NCBI GenBank assembly: GCA_963705255.1
Contig: OY970061.1
Coordinates: 1,184,001 to 1,248,000, forward strand
Length of the DNA: 64,000 nucleotides
Reading direction: 5' to 3'
DNA from: an uncultured Methanoregulaceae archaeon
GTDB taxonomy: Archaea; Halobacteriota; Methanomicrobia; Methanomicrobiales; Methanospirillaceae
In this document: in pieces, positions 43,886-53,274 of the stretch
Layout of the letters: every line of letters begins with the position of its first letter
Numbering within the stretch: position 1 is the first letter of the stretch
Made by a program: the position numbers and the translations under genes
The notes under the pieces: model-generated
Seen by the model: the letters and a program-made list of their open reading frames with translations, nothing else
Databases searched by the model: none
What the model was told of the DNA's origin: nothing

Positions 43886-45175
43886 ATGAAACAGAACACA
43901 GCACTGATCTTCCTGATCCTCATGGCAGCATGCTTCGCCGTGCCGGTTACGGGAATAGACCAATACCTCGGGGGAAGTCCGCAGATGACTGCATACATCT
44001 CCGGCGTCAACGAATTTTCTCCCGGGCAGGACGCAACCATCACGGTGGTGATCCAGAACAGCGGGACGAACGCCGTGAAGTTCGTCGGTCACAGCGTGCT
44101 GGCCCAGAATGACCTGCCGACGACCGCAAAGCTGGTGGCGGCCGGCCTGTCCGCAGACGGTGCACCGATCATCGTCAAGACCGACCCCCAGGACCTCGGC
44201 GATATTGCAAGCCCGGGGATCGTCACCGCCACGTTCGCGGCAAAGATCACGTCCGATGCAACGCTCGGGGACTACCAGCTCCCGCTCACGCTCAGCTACC
44301 GGTATCTCGCAAACAGCAACAGCCCCCAGCCGTCCAGCGACACGGTCCAGTCGAAGTATACTGATGCGGCCACGGTCATCCCGCTCACGATCAGGATCAA
44401 ACCTGAAGTCAGGATCGACGTCCTCGATGCCGTCCCCGGGAACCTGATCGTGGGAACGGAAGGCTACGTCAACCTGACGATCGAGAACACCGGGCCCAGT
44501 GCCGGAACCGCGGCCACCGTCATGCTCATCAGGCACGGCGACAGCGTGCTGATCCCTGACGACAGCAGCGTCTATATCGGGGATTTCCCGCAGGACCAGG
44601 CTGTCAGCTGCCTGTACAAGGTCTCGGTCTCTGACGACGCACAGCAGCAGTCCTACCCGATCGATGTGATGGTCACCTACACCGATTCTGAAGGCTTTAC
44701 GGTGAACTCGGCAACCGATACCGTGGGCGTGCCGGTGGGAGGAAAACTCGGCTTTTTGGTCACCTCCGCCCCCGCGTCCCTTTACCCGGGAGAGTCCGGG
44801 GTGATAGAGGTGGAATACCGGAACACCGGGTCGATCACCGCCTATCACGCGCAGGCCCGGCTGACGACCGTGGAACCGTTCAGCAGCTCCGACACCCAGG
44901 CATACCTCGGCGATGTTGCCCCGGGCCAGAGCGTCACCGCCCGGTACGCGATCTCTGCCGACAGCAAGGCTGCCCCTGCTCTCTACGAGCTCGACACCAA
45001 CGTGAGGTACCGCGATTCCCTCGATAACAGCCTCACCTCAGACACCGTCAGTGCTCCGGTCGAGGTTGTCCCACCCGGATCCGGCAGTCTGCTGCTGCCC
45101 GCCGCAGCACTCCTGGCCGCGGTGGTCCTTATCGGCGCAGGTTACTCCGTATTCGCGATGAGGAGGAAGAGATGA
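43886..45175 (+). CDS. COG1361 S-layer-like protein, paralog 2
   Basis: Same motif set as 40063-41481; signal peptide and C-terminal TM helix plus RRKR. Confidence 0.85.
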   Translation: MKQNTALIFLILMAACFAVPVTGIDQYLGGSPQMTAYISGVNEFSPGQDATITVVIQNSGTNAVKFVGHSVLAQNDLPTTAKLVAAGLSADGAPIIVKTDPQDLGDIASPGIVTATFAAKITSDATLGDYQLPLTLSYRYLANSNSPQPSSDTVQSKYTDAATVIPLTIRIKPEVRIDVLDAVPGNLIVGTEGYVNLTIENTGPSAGTAATVMLIRHGDSVLIPDDSSVYIGDFPQDQAVSCLYKVSVSDDAQQQSYPIDVMVTYTDSEGFTVNSATDTVGVPVGGKLGFLVTSAPASLYPGESGVIEVEYRNTGSITAYHAQARLTTVEPFSSSDTQAYLGDVAPGQSVTARYAISADSKAAPALYELDTNVRYRDSLDNSLTSDTVSAPVEVVPPGSGSLLLPAAALLAAVVLIGAGYSVFAMRRKR

Positions 45176-45176
45176 T

Positions 45177-46529
45177 GTGGCAATGACGAAAAAAATGCTT
45201 TTGGCACCCGATGCACCGGGTGTGCTGATGAGGCCAGTCCGGACCCGTGCAGTCCTCCTGCTGCTCATCACGGCCTGCTGCATCGCCGCGCCGGTGCTTG
45301 CCGATACGAAATATACGGGGGGGAGCCCGAACCTGAGTGCGTATGTCGCCGGGATAAATGAGTTCACGGCCGGGAGCGATATCGCGATCCCGGTTGTCCT
45401 GAAGAACACCGGCCTCAACCAGTACATGCAGGTCGATCAGAACACCGTCGCACCCGACGACCTTCCCAATACGGCAAAGTTCGTCACGGTCAACCTGTCT
45501 GCCGGGGACGCACCGATCGAGATAAAATCCGATCCCCAGATGATCGGCGACATGCCGGGCCAGGCCACGGAAACGGTGGTCTTCTCGGCCACGGTAAACG
45601 CCGATGCCCCGGCCGGGACGTATATGCTCCCGGTCGAGATCAGGTACACCACCCTGTCGGCGGTCGGTGAGTTCACTTTTGTGCCGACAGTCAGGAACTA
45701 CTACCAGCAGAACAACGTGACCCTCACGGTGCCGCTGGTCATAAAGGCGGAAGTGATCCCTCAGGTGATCTCGGCGGTGCCGGATCACCTGGTCGCCGGC
45801 GCGGACGGGTATATCAACATAACGCTGAAAAATACCGGGTCGCTGGACGGTGCAAAAGCGACGGTCAACATCCTCCATGATGACGAGAGCCCGATCGTTC
45901 CGGTCGACAGCAGCGTGTACATCGGCGATTTCCCGGTCGGCAGTACGGTGACCTGCCCGTTCAAGGTGTCTGTCGACGGCACGGCGATCAACAAGTCCTA
46001 CCCGGTCGACGTGGTCGTAGTCTACCAGAATAACGAAGGCGACTTTGTCGATTCCCGGACCGAGACTGCTGGGGTCAACGTGGGCAGCAAAGTGGATTTT
46101 GCGATCACCTCGCCAACGATCACGATGAGCCCGGGCAGCAGGGGGACGATCCAGGTGGTGTACAAAAATACCGGCAGCTCCCTGATCAGGAGCGCCCAGG
46201 CCAGGATCAGCGCAGTCACCCCCTTCACGAGTTCTGACGGCGTGGCAGACCTTGGGGACCTTGCCCCGGGCCAGTCTGCTGTCGCTACCTACCAGATCGG
46301 GGTGGCGAGCGACGCCGTCACTAAGCTCTACGGCATCGATTCCGAGATCCGGTACCGCGACGCCCTCGACGATACCTACATCTCCGACCCCCTGAAGGTG
46401 GCAGTCGATGTGAAAAACCGCACCGGTGTTGCGGGCATCCTGTCCAACAGCGTCGCCCTTTCCATCATCGTTGCCGCTCTCATCGGCATTGCCTATGCAG
46501 CCTGGTACTTCAGGAAGAAGCGGAGATGA
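45177..46529 (+). CDS. COG1361 S-layer-like protein, paralog 3
   Basis: Same motif set; C-terminal TM helix plus RKKRR. Confidence 0.85.
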   Translation: MAMTKKMLLAPDAPGVLMRPVRTRAVLLLLITACCIAAPVLADTKYTGGSPNLSAYVAGINEFTAGSDIAIPVVLKNTGLNQYMQVDQNTVAPDDLPNTAKFVTVNLSAGDAPIEIKSDPQMIGDMPGQATETVVFSATVNADAPAGTYMLPVEIRYTTLSAVGEFTFVPTVRNYYQQNNVTLTVPLVIKAEVIPQVISAVPDHLVAGADGYINITLKNTGSLDGAKATVNILHDDESPIVPVDSSVYIGDFPVGSTVTCPFKVSVDGTAINKSYPVDVVVVYQNNEGDFVDSRTETAGVNVGSKVDFAITSPTITMSPGSRGTIQVVYKNTGSSLIRSAQARISAVTPFTSSDGVADLGDLAPGQSAVATYQIGVASDAVTKLYGIDSEIRYRDALDDTYISDPLKVAVDVKNRTGVAGILSNSVALSIIVAALIGIAYAAWYFRKKRR

Positions 46530-46798
46530 ACGGAGGTGCCAGTGCGTTGACGGGTCTCGAAGGAAATGACCTCGTCACAACCGGGTCTTGTCCAGTATTT
46601 AACCGCAGATATAACTGCACCAGCTGTTGAGAGAAAGGCTGATAGCAAAAAGGGCTAAGGGAAGACCAAGAGGCATTACCATATCCCTTTTCGCTCCTGC
46701 TGGATATCCCGGCGCTCGTGATTGCACGTACCAAAAGGCATGATGATCCATCAGAAGGTTTCGCAAAGTCGGTGACCAGACGGGGGTCATCCCCATAA

Positions 46799-47245
46799 TC
46801 ATTTTATGGTCTGAGCGAGTTTTTTGCCTAATTCCCTACATGCTTCTTTATCCATACCGGTAGGATTACCTTGTGAGACAACTCCTTTCGCAGCTGATTG
46901 CATGTTAAAGTATTTTGCAAGGTATTCGATGGATTCTGCTGCCTTCTTCCCGCTTTCGATGGCACCCGCCGATATAAACACGGCAAAAGGTTTCCCTTTG
47001 AATTTATCCCGGGCCTGAATGAGCATGTTTTCAAATACATCCTTAAGTTTACCGCCCATATATCCCCAGCTGGTTGCTGAACCGAAGGCAATAGCACCTG
47101 CCGCAACAAGATCATCTATTTTAACAAGCTCTGCCTTCATCACCACTACCCCGACACCTTCTTCTTTTACTCCTTCTGCAACGGAATTTGCCATCTTTTC
47201 CGTGTTGCCGGTCCGGGAAAAATAAACAACCAAAATTTTAGGCAT
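46799..47245 (-). CDS. Flavodoxin-like (WrbA-type) protein
   Basis: 'KILVVYFSRTGNTEKMANSVAEG', 'AIAFGSATSWG', 'ACRELGKKLA'; lower GC than flanks. Confidence 0.9.
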   Translation of the reverse strand: MPKILVVYFSRTGNTEKMANSVAEGVKEEGVGVVVMKAELVKIDDLVAAGAIAFGSATSWGYMGGKLKDVFENMLIQARDKFKGKPFAVFISAGAIESGKKAAESIEYLAKYFNMQSAAKGVVSQGNPTGMDKEACRELGKKLAQTIK

Positions 47246-47704
47246 TTCATATCCCCTCAACAGACTCATACCTTTTCTAGATATATAAATACAACTTTCG
47301 CAGGTTCTGATGCGTCTGCGGTCGGTAACCAATAGTTCACCTCCGTTGAAATTCGCCCGGCAACCGCCACCGCATCGAAACCCTATCAACTCGCTGGATA
47401 CCTCGAAGACCCAGTAATTCCCCATAATCATCATCGTCATGATCGCGGTACCGGGTCGGTTTCCTGGCGGTTACCGAGGCTGGAGCCTATCCGAAATTTC
47501 GGATTTTATTGTTTTCCTTTCATGGAAATTGAAATCAAGCAGAGCGGATTATCCGTGCGGACAAATTCTTTCTTCAAATTTACGTCCGGGAAATTCCTGG
47601 ATTTTTCCGGAAGAAAAACCGGATCCGGATCGCCGGACCGGCTCCACTGCACCACACCATGAGCCGATCCCGGAGATCTGAGGGCAACCCTCGTATCCTT
47701 CCCA

Positions 47705-48015
47705 AAAATTTTCCGGCCCGGGCTCAGATATTTCTAAAAATATTTTTGCCTCATCTCCCATCGCGCCAAAAAAATATCCGGCTCAACTCGGATCGCGCCG
47801 GAATTTTTTTTGCCTCAACTCAGTACGAGCCGGAAAATACTTGGAACCCCCCCTCAATAATGGCCGTTCACGTCTGAACATGCAGTGTCAGACACCCCCA
47901 ACCGCGCCAAAAAATATTTTGCCTCAACTCAGATCGGGCCGGAAAAAAATCTGGCTCGTACCTGATCGAGCCGGAAAAGTTTCCGGCGCGATCCCGATCG
48001 GCCCGGAAAATTTTC
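47705..48015. repeat. Array of ~31-bp imperfect palindromes separated by A/T tracts
   Basis: Units such as ggctcaactcggatcgcgccggaa, gcctcaactcagtacgagccggaaaa, gcctcaactcagatcgggccggaaaa, ggctcgtacctgatcgagccggaaaa, ttccggcgcgatcccgatcggcccggaaaa. Confidence 0.75.
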
Positions 48016-48120
48016 AGTCCGCACAACCCGATCCGATGCCCGGCATTGCCGGGGGTATATGGCCATGAGAAGTTCCCCGATCGATACTCATATCTCCAGA
48101 CCCCGGCATACAGAGCATAC

Positions 48121-48273
48121 ATGCCAGATGATAACTATGGCAAGGATCATGCGTTCACCTGCCCGCACTGCGGACTGAAGTGGCGTACAACAGAGACCGG
48201 CCCGACGCTGCATTGTAAGAGATGCAACCGGTACTTCCCGAACCCCTGGGCTGAGCCGGCCCCGGAGAAGTAG
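48121..48273 (+). CDS. 50-aa zinc-ribbon microprotein
   Basis: 'FTCPHCG...LHCKRCNRYFPNPW'. Confidence 0.55.
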   Translation: MPDDNYGKDHAFTCPHCGLKWRTTETGPTLHCKRCNRYFPNPWAEPAPEK

Positions 48274-48278
48274 AACCA

Positions 48279-48350
48279 GTGACTGGTTACTATACGGTAC
48301 TGATTCACAAAGCCGAAGAAGACGGTTTCCGGGCAGAGGTGCCGGCCCGG
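48279..48350 (+). pseudogene. 5' fragment of a HicB-like antitoxin
   Basis: 'YTVLIHKAEEDGFRAEVPA' closely matches the start of the HicB at 48654-48914, then diverges. Confidence 0.6.
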
Positions 48351-48653
48351 TGCGACGCCATGACTCTCGTTCAGCCCGTGGCCCTTCCGGCCCGGTTCAT
48401 TGCAGGGTTCTTCCGTCGTGGAGGGTCCGGAGATGACGCACGGGGAGAGGTGGTGGAGCAAGGAGTTGAGGGATATGCTCTCGCTTGGGGGATTGTTAAA
48501 CCGCGATACGAAAGGGCGTGGCCACAACCGGAAATAATCTGTGATACTAAGGACACCTGTAGGGCATGGTGAAAGATACCATTTCAGTGATCTCTTTTCC
48601 AGTAAAAAGATGATGAATCACCGGCACTAACAATCACCAGAGGATTGTGACCG

Positions 48654-48914
48654 GTGACCTCTCTCCACAACGCGAAGGGAAAAATATGGAAATACACGAT
48701 ACTGATCCACAAAGCTGAAGAAGGCGGGTTCTGGGCTGAAGTGCCGGCTCTCCCGGGATGTTTCTCGCAGGGAGAAACCATCGAGGAGACGATTGCGAAT
48801 ACCAAGGAGGCAATCGAACTCCATATTTCCTGCCTGAGGGAAGACGGGGAAGAGATCCCGGCAGATAACGAATTTATCATCAGCCGTGTGCGGGTTGAAA
48901 CCGTCGCGGTGTAA
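48654..48914 (+). CDS. hicB: HicB-family antitoxin (start uncertain, no intact HicA seen)
   Basis: 'YTILIHKAEEGGFWAEVPALPGCFSQGETIEE...KEAIELHI..LREDGEEIP'. Confidence 0.85.
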   Translation: MTSLHNAKGKIWKYTILIHKAEEGGFWAEVPALPGCFSQGETIEETIANTKEAIELHISCLREDGEEIPADNEFIISRVRVETVAV

Positions 48915-49062
48915 TATCCCGCTTTTTTACAAGTCCGCCCAAGCCTCGTCTTCCTCATGACGCAGCCAGTCCTTCTTAAGGGAAGATTCGCTGGCAAGTG
49001 CCGTGTCGTTTTTATCAACAGGATCGAAATACCAGAAATTGTAGGTCATGACTTTTTTCCTT

Positions 49063-49170
49063 TCACCGATACCTGACTTTCAGATCTGCACCAGAATAGA
49101 GATCGGGTTCATCACCCAGAAAACCGGAGAGGGAGTGCTCTGATAATAGAGAGAGGGATTTTTCGCGTTT
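49063..49170 (-). pseudogene. C-terminal remnant of a small antitoxin-like protein
   Basis: 'LSEHSLSGFLGDEPDLYSGADLKVRYR' resembles short proteins found beside PemK-type toxins. Confidence 0.35.
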
Positions 49171-49336
49171 TCGAATATTCTTTGCCGGTCGGTCGGTGGA
49201 TTTTTTCCCATGATCCATTACCGGCCGAAATCCGACCTCCCTGACCATTATATCTTTTTTTCGCTGTCAGTCTGCTTCAGGGTTGTGGTCCGCATATCTT
49301 TTGTCGATCTTATCTATCAGGATATTCTGCAATGGG

Positions 49337-49541
49337 GGTACCCCTCTCAGGCATTGGGGGGTGGGTATCCCCCTCCCCCGGTTGTCCGGGCGGCCGGCCT
49401 GACCATTACCGTCGGAGGTTCCAGGGGAAGCGCAGGTAAGGCGCTTGCCATCCAAGGGGTAGCTACCCCTCCCTCAGCGTGGGTGGGGGTACCCCTCCCA
49501 TGCCCGGAGGGGTGGGGGTACCTCAATGGCGAAGGGGGGGG
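49337..49541. repeat. G/C-run-rich direct repeat, copy A
   Basis: Aligns with 52028-52245, including identical ggggtagctacccctccctcagcgtgggtgggggtacccctcccatgcccggagggg and ccattaccgtcggaggttccaggggaa. Confidence 0.9.
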
Positions 49542-49820
49542 ATCCCCCCTCCACGTTTCGCGAAACAGTCATGGTTTTCCTGATGGTGATGGTTCCGGGC
49601 AGTGAAGTCTCTGATGGAAAGAGGGGTGCGGGGGAACTGGTCTTGAGGAGCCGGGGCGACCGGCCATACATGTACCTGAGCGCAGTGCTCCGACGGAGCA
49701 CCGGCGCACCGGGGGATAAAACCCTTGCCGCGAAAACTCGTATAACCTGCACGGGTTAATTTAGAAATTATTATAATTAATAAATGAAAACTAATTTTAT
49801 AATTACTGGAGCTATCAAAT

Positions 49821-50741
49821 ATGCCAGAGTCCTTTGATTCCATCGATGTAAGGAAAAAATGCAAAGTAGGCGGATCGGTTGTCATTCATACCCTTGAAAC
49901 CGGACTTGTAACTCCGGCCGACGCGATTGAGATCATCCCGCAGGCCACATCGGATCCCCAGTCAGAGATCCAGACAAGTTCGAAATCGATCCAGGCAAGA
50001 AAAGCCAAAATAAAGAAGGTCAATGGTAAGACCGTGTACGGTCCGGAGATGATGCCATCTCCCCTGCTGCTGCAGCCGGAAGGTTCCAATGTAGGAATAG
50101 GAATTAAAAATCCTGCGGTAACTTTGCAGGTAAAGGGTGATATCGCCGCATCGGGACAAATTTCAGGCCTCATTCAATCCACCGGCGATCTCACGGCCTC
50201 GGGAAATATAAATTCCAGCGGTGATGTGGTTGCAGGGGGGAATGTAAGTTCTTCTGGTGACGTCAATTCAGCTGGGCACGTGAACGTTGCCGGAAATATC
50301 TACGTTACGGGAGATGTTTCCGTCAACGGGGGTGCCGATTGTGCAGAGGAATTCGATATTATCGAAACAGAAACAGTTGAACCCGGAACGGTGATGGTTA
50401 TCGTAAATGACGGGATGCTGTCCCCAAGCCGGCATGCATACGACAAACGTGTCGCCGGTGTGCTGTCAGGTGCAGGGGATCTGAAACCCGGCATTACCCT
50501 CGGTAAACAACGTGATGCCGCACACCGGATGCCTCTTGCACTGAATGGGAAAGTCTACTGCAAGGTGGAAGCACGATCCGGGCCCATTGAGACCGGTGAT
50601 CTCCTGACAACTTCCCCAATTGCCGGCTATGCGATGAAAGCAAGCGACCCGCTCAGATCCTTCGGATCGGTTATCGGAAAGGCATTGCACTCCTTGAAAT
50701 CCGGCCAGGGAATGATCCCCATTCTGGTTACGCTCCAGTGA
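49821..50741 (+). CDS. Fibre-like protein with Gly-rich beta repeats and C-terminal Peptidase_G2/intramolecular-chaperone-like domain
   Basis: 'GSNVGIGIKNP...LQVKG', 6-residue G-x-V repeats, 'GADCAEEF', 'EPGTVMVI', 'VAGVLS', 'GKVYCKV', 'GPIETGDLLTTS', 'VIGKAL'. Confidence 0.75.
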   Translation: MPESFDSIDVRKKCKVGGSVVIHTLETGLVTPADAIEIIPQATSDPQSEIQTSSKSIQARKAKIKKVNGKTVYGPEMMPSPLLLQPEGSNVGIGIKNPAVTLQVKGDIAASGQISGLIQSTGDLTASGNINSSGDVVAGGNVSSSGDVNSAGHVNVAGNIYVTGDVSVNGGADCAEEFDIIETETVEPGTVMVIVNDGMLSPSRHAYDKRVAGVLSGAGDLKPGITLGKQRDAAHRMPLALNGKVYCKVEARSGPIETGDLLTTSPIAGYAMKASDPLRSFGSVIGKALHSLKSGQGMIPILVTLQ

Positions 50742-50844
50742 GGGAATCAGATGATCACCCTCTACCAAGCACTCGATAACCTGAATTATTTTTTCCCGGC
50801 AACCAAGCCTTATAGCGTGAGCTGATTTTGCGGAACAGATCGGC

Positions 50845-51660
50845 ATGGTCCCTCCCTACTCGGCCGAGGAACTGATCAGAAGATCGCTCAACGACTATAT
50901 ACGCCTCACGAATGCCACCGTAACCTTCCACACAACCGATGACAACAAGGATCACGATACGGCCGTTTTCGTACAAGTAGTGTCAAAAAAGGACGGCAGG
51001 CTGTTGGCCCATATAGAGAATGCAGACTCCTCGAATTATGATTCTACTGAATATCAGGACGACAGTACCCATTCACTTTCCCTGGCGTTCGGCCAGGTCA
51101 AAAAATCAGATTGCGAGGAAACCCAGATAACGATTGGATCACACGCAACGGGACATGATGACTGGATGTTCGATGTTGCAGTGACCTTATATTTTATTGA
51201 CGGAACCACGATCGTGAGAACGTCAAAATATACCCGGGAACTCATTAGCTGGGATGAATATGTGACCACGGATATGGACGGTCCGCCAATTACGCACACC
51301 ACAACGCCTCCTCCGAATCCATATCGATTTGGCTTGATTCATCCCCCTACACAACCTTCGAATGCCCCAGAATATGGAATGAACTGGTATGGAGGGGGTA
51401 GTTCGGTTCATCTGCCCCCGCCCCATATCGCTAAAATTACCGGAGTCCAGAATATCAGCGACTATATTATCCACCTTTGGTATAGGGATGACGACGGGAA
51501 AGTGAAGTACGGAAATCCCCCGCTAACTCTGATTCCGGGAGAATATACTTTGGAATTCAATCAGATGAATGCCAGCGGGGACTGGAGAGCCATAGGTCCA
51601 CCCTACGATCCCCAGAAAATGCAAAGTTTATCGATGTTGATTTGGTGGGAAGAAGTTTAA
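50845..51660 (+). CDS. Hypothetical two-domain beta-rich protein
   Basis: 271-aa ORF; 'VTFHTTDDNKDHDT...GHDDWMFD..LYFIDG', Pro/Thr linker, second domain. Confidence 0.6.
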   Translation: MVPPYSAEELIRRSLNDYIRLTNATVTFHTTDDNKDHDTAVFVQVVSKKDGRLLAHIENADSSNYDSTEYQDDSTHSLSLAFGQVKKSDCEETQITIGSHATGHDDWMFDVAVTLYFIDGTTIVRTSKYTRELISWDEYVTTDMDGPPITHTTTPPPNPYRFGLIHPPTQPSNAPEYGMNWYGGGSSVHLPPPHIAKITGVQNISDYIIHLWYRDDDGKVKYGNPPLTLIPGEYTLEFNQMNASGDWRAIGPPYDPQKMQSLSMLIWWEEV

Positions 51661-52027
51661 TCGACGGCAACCGGTCTTTGACCCGCAAAGCCTCACCAAG
51701 CCCCTTTTTTGCCCGTGGACCCTGTTACCCCCCTCGCAACCCTGAGTTTCGCCTTCCATTAGCGTACATTAGCGTTTTTAAAATCCCCGCAAACCCGCGA
51801 ATTACGGAGAACGGGCGGTTTATCGGGCTTTTCCCAAAAAAGTGTACCGGATTTCGGTGTTTTTGCAAATGAACCGGAAAATCGACCCTACGGATGGCCA
51901 AACCGGGCTTGTAATAGGCCCGGAGGGGGAGTGCGTTGCCGGAGGCCTTCCCGGGGGTACCCACTCCTCCCCCTCAGCGGGGGGTGGGGAGGGGGGGGGC
52001 ACCTCCACTGAAGGTGTGGGGGGGATA

Positions 52028-52245
52028 GGTACCCCTCCGGGCACAGGAGGGGTGGGTATCCCCCCTCCCCCGGTTGTCCGGGCCGGCCAACCAGTCCCAT
52101 TACCGTCGGAGGTTCCAGGGGAATCGCAGGTACGGCGGTTGCCAGACAGGGGGGTAGCTACCCCTCCCTCAGCGTGGGTGGGGGTACCCCTCCCATGCCC
52201 GGAGGGGGAGGGGGGAGGGGGTGCCTCAGTGGCAAAGGGTGGGGG
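52028..52245. repeat. G/C-run-rich direct repeat, copy B
   Basis: Same orientation as 49337-49541; extra partial sub-units upstream at about 51950-52027. Confidence 0.9.
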
Positions 52246-53274
52246 TGGGGGGGCGTTCCCATAGCCGGCAAAGTAAGTGGTTGACCCCCAATCATGACCT
52301 GCCTCCATCCGGGCCCGCATTTGCCCCGGATTCTCCCAACTTTCCATTCCAGGGGAGGTATTTCGGTAAAATGAGACATTAATTTGATAAGATTTGCTCA
52401 TTTTCACGTCGGTAGCCCGAAGACGCTATTTGGGTGCATTCCAGCAAGGGATTTTTATCGTACCCATACTAAACCCCCCGGCACCCCTCATTTCGCCTCC
52501 TAAACTCGCCCATATTAACATGGTAACTGACACATCACTTTAACGAAGTAAAAATGACAAAAATTGCCCCAATAAGACACGGTAATTGACACGCTTTTTT
52601 ACGATGTCGAATGCTGAAAGCATGAGACAAGAGAAGATGAATGCCTTCGAAACTGACACGGTTTCCCGGAATGAGGGGGTTCCGGCCAGTAAGGTCTCCG
52701 ACGGAGATTAAGTAGAAGGGGGGAGATGGTCCATAATCGCCCCAGATCCGACCTGCCATTTCATTTTCCAGGCGGATCATCAGGATCTGAGTTCCGGATC
52801 GATCCAAAAGGCAACAATTAGACGTTTTTCCGGGCGATTTAACGCCTTTAAATCGGGAATAATCCCCGGATTATGAGTATTTTCCAATCAATGTTCTATA
52901 ATTCGCCAAAAAACGCGAGTATCAGAAAATCGACATTTTAAATCGGGCTCTGTTTGGCAAACTGGGCGCTATACGGGGAGATAATTTTATGGGGGATTGC
53001 AGGTCCCGAGCAGCCCCGGAAACAGGGGGCGTGGCAGACGAAAACCGGAGGGAGGGGGTCACCGCCTCCCATGCCGGTTTGGGGCGACACCCGGGAGATT
53101 GTGAGGGGGATTGCCCGGGCCGGCGAATTACATGATTGGCCCCCGCTCAGGTCCTGATAAGTTTGCGGTTGGTAATAGATTTTTCACGTCGGTAAAAATA
53201 CTCCATCAACCGCCAACTTATCAGAACCGCTTCCGCTATGTCTCCCTGGCCATGCTATGCTCATCCGTCGCTGA

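Noticed and set aside
47300-47440. 'CGGGCRA' as an N-terminal extension of the flavodoxin
   Set aside because: The flavodoxin has its own RBS and start at 47245; the motif may be a SPASM-domain remnant but is too short to call
51842-52264. Gly/Pro-rich ORFs (also 49210-49605)
   Set aside because: Products of the G/C-run repeat; indels between the copies do not consistently preserve frame
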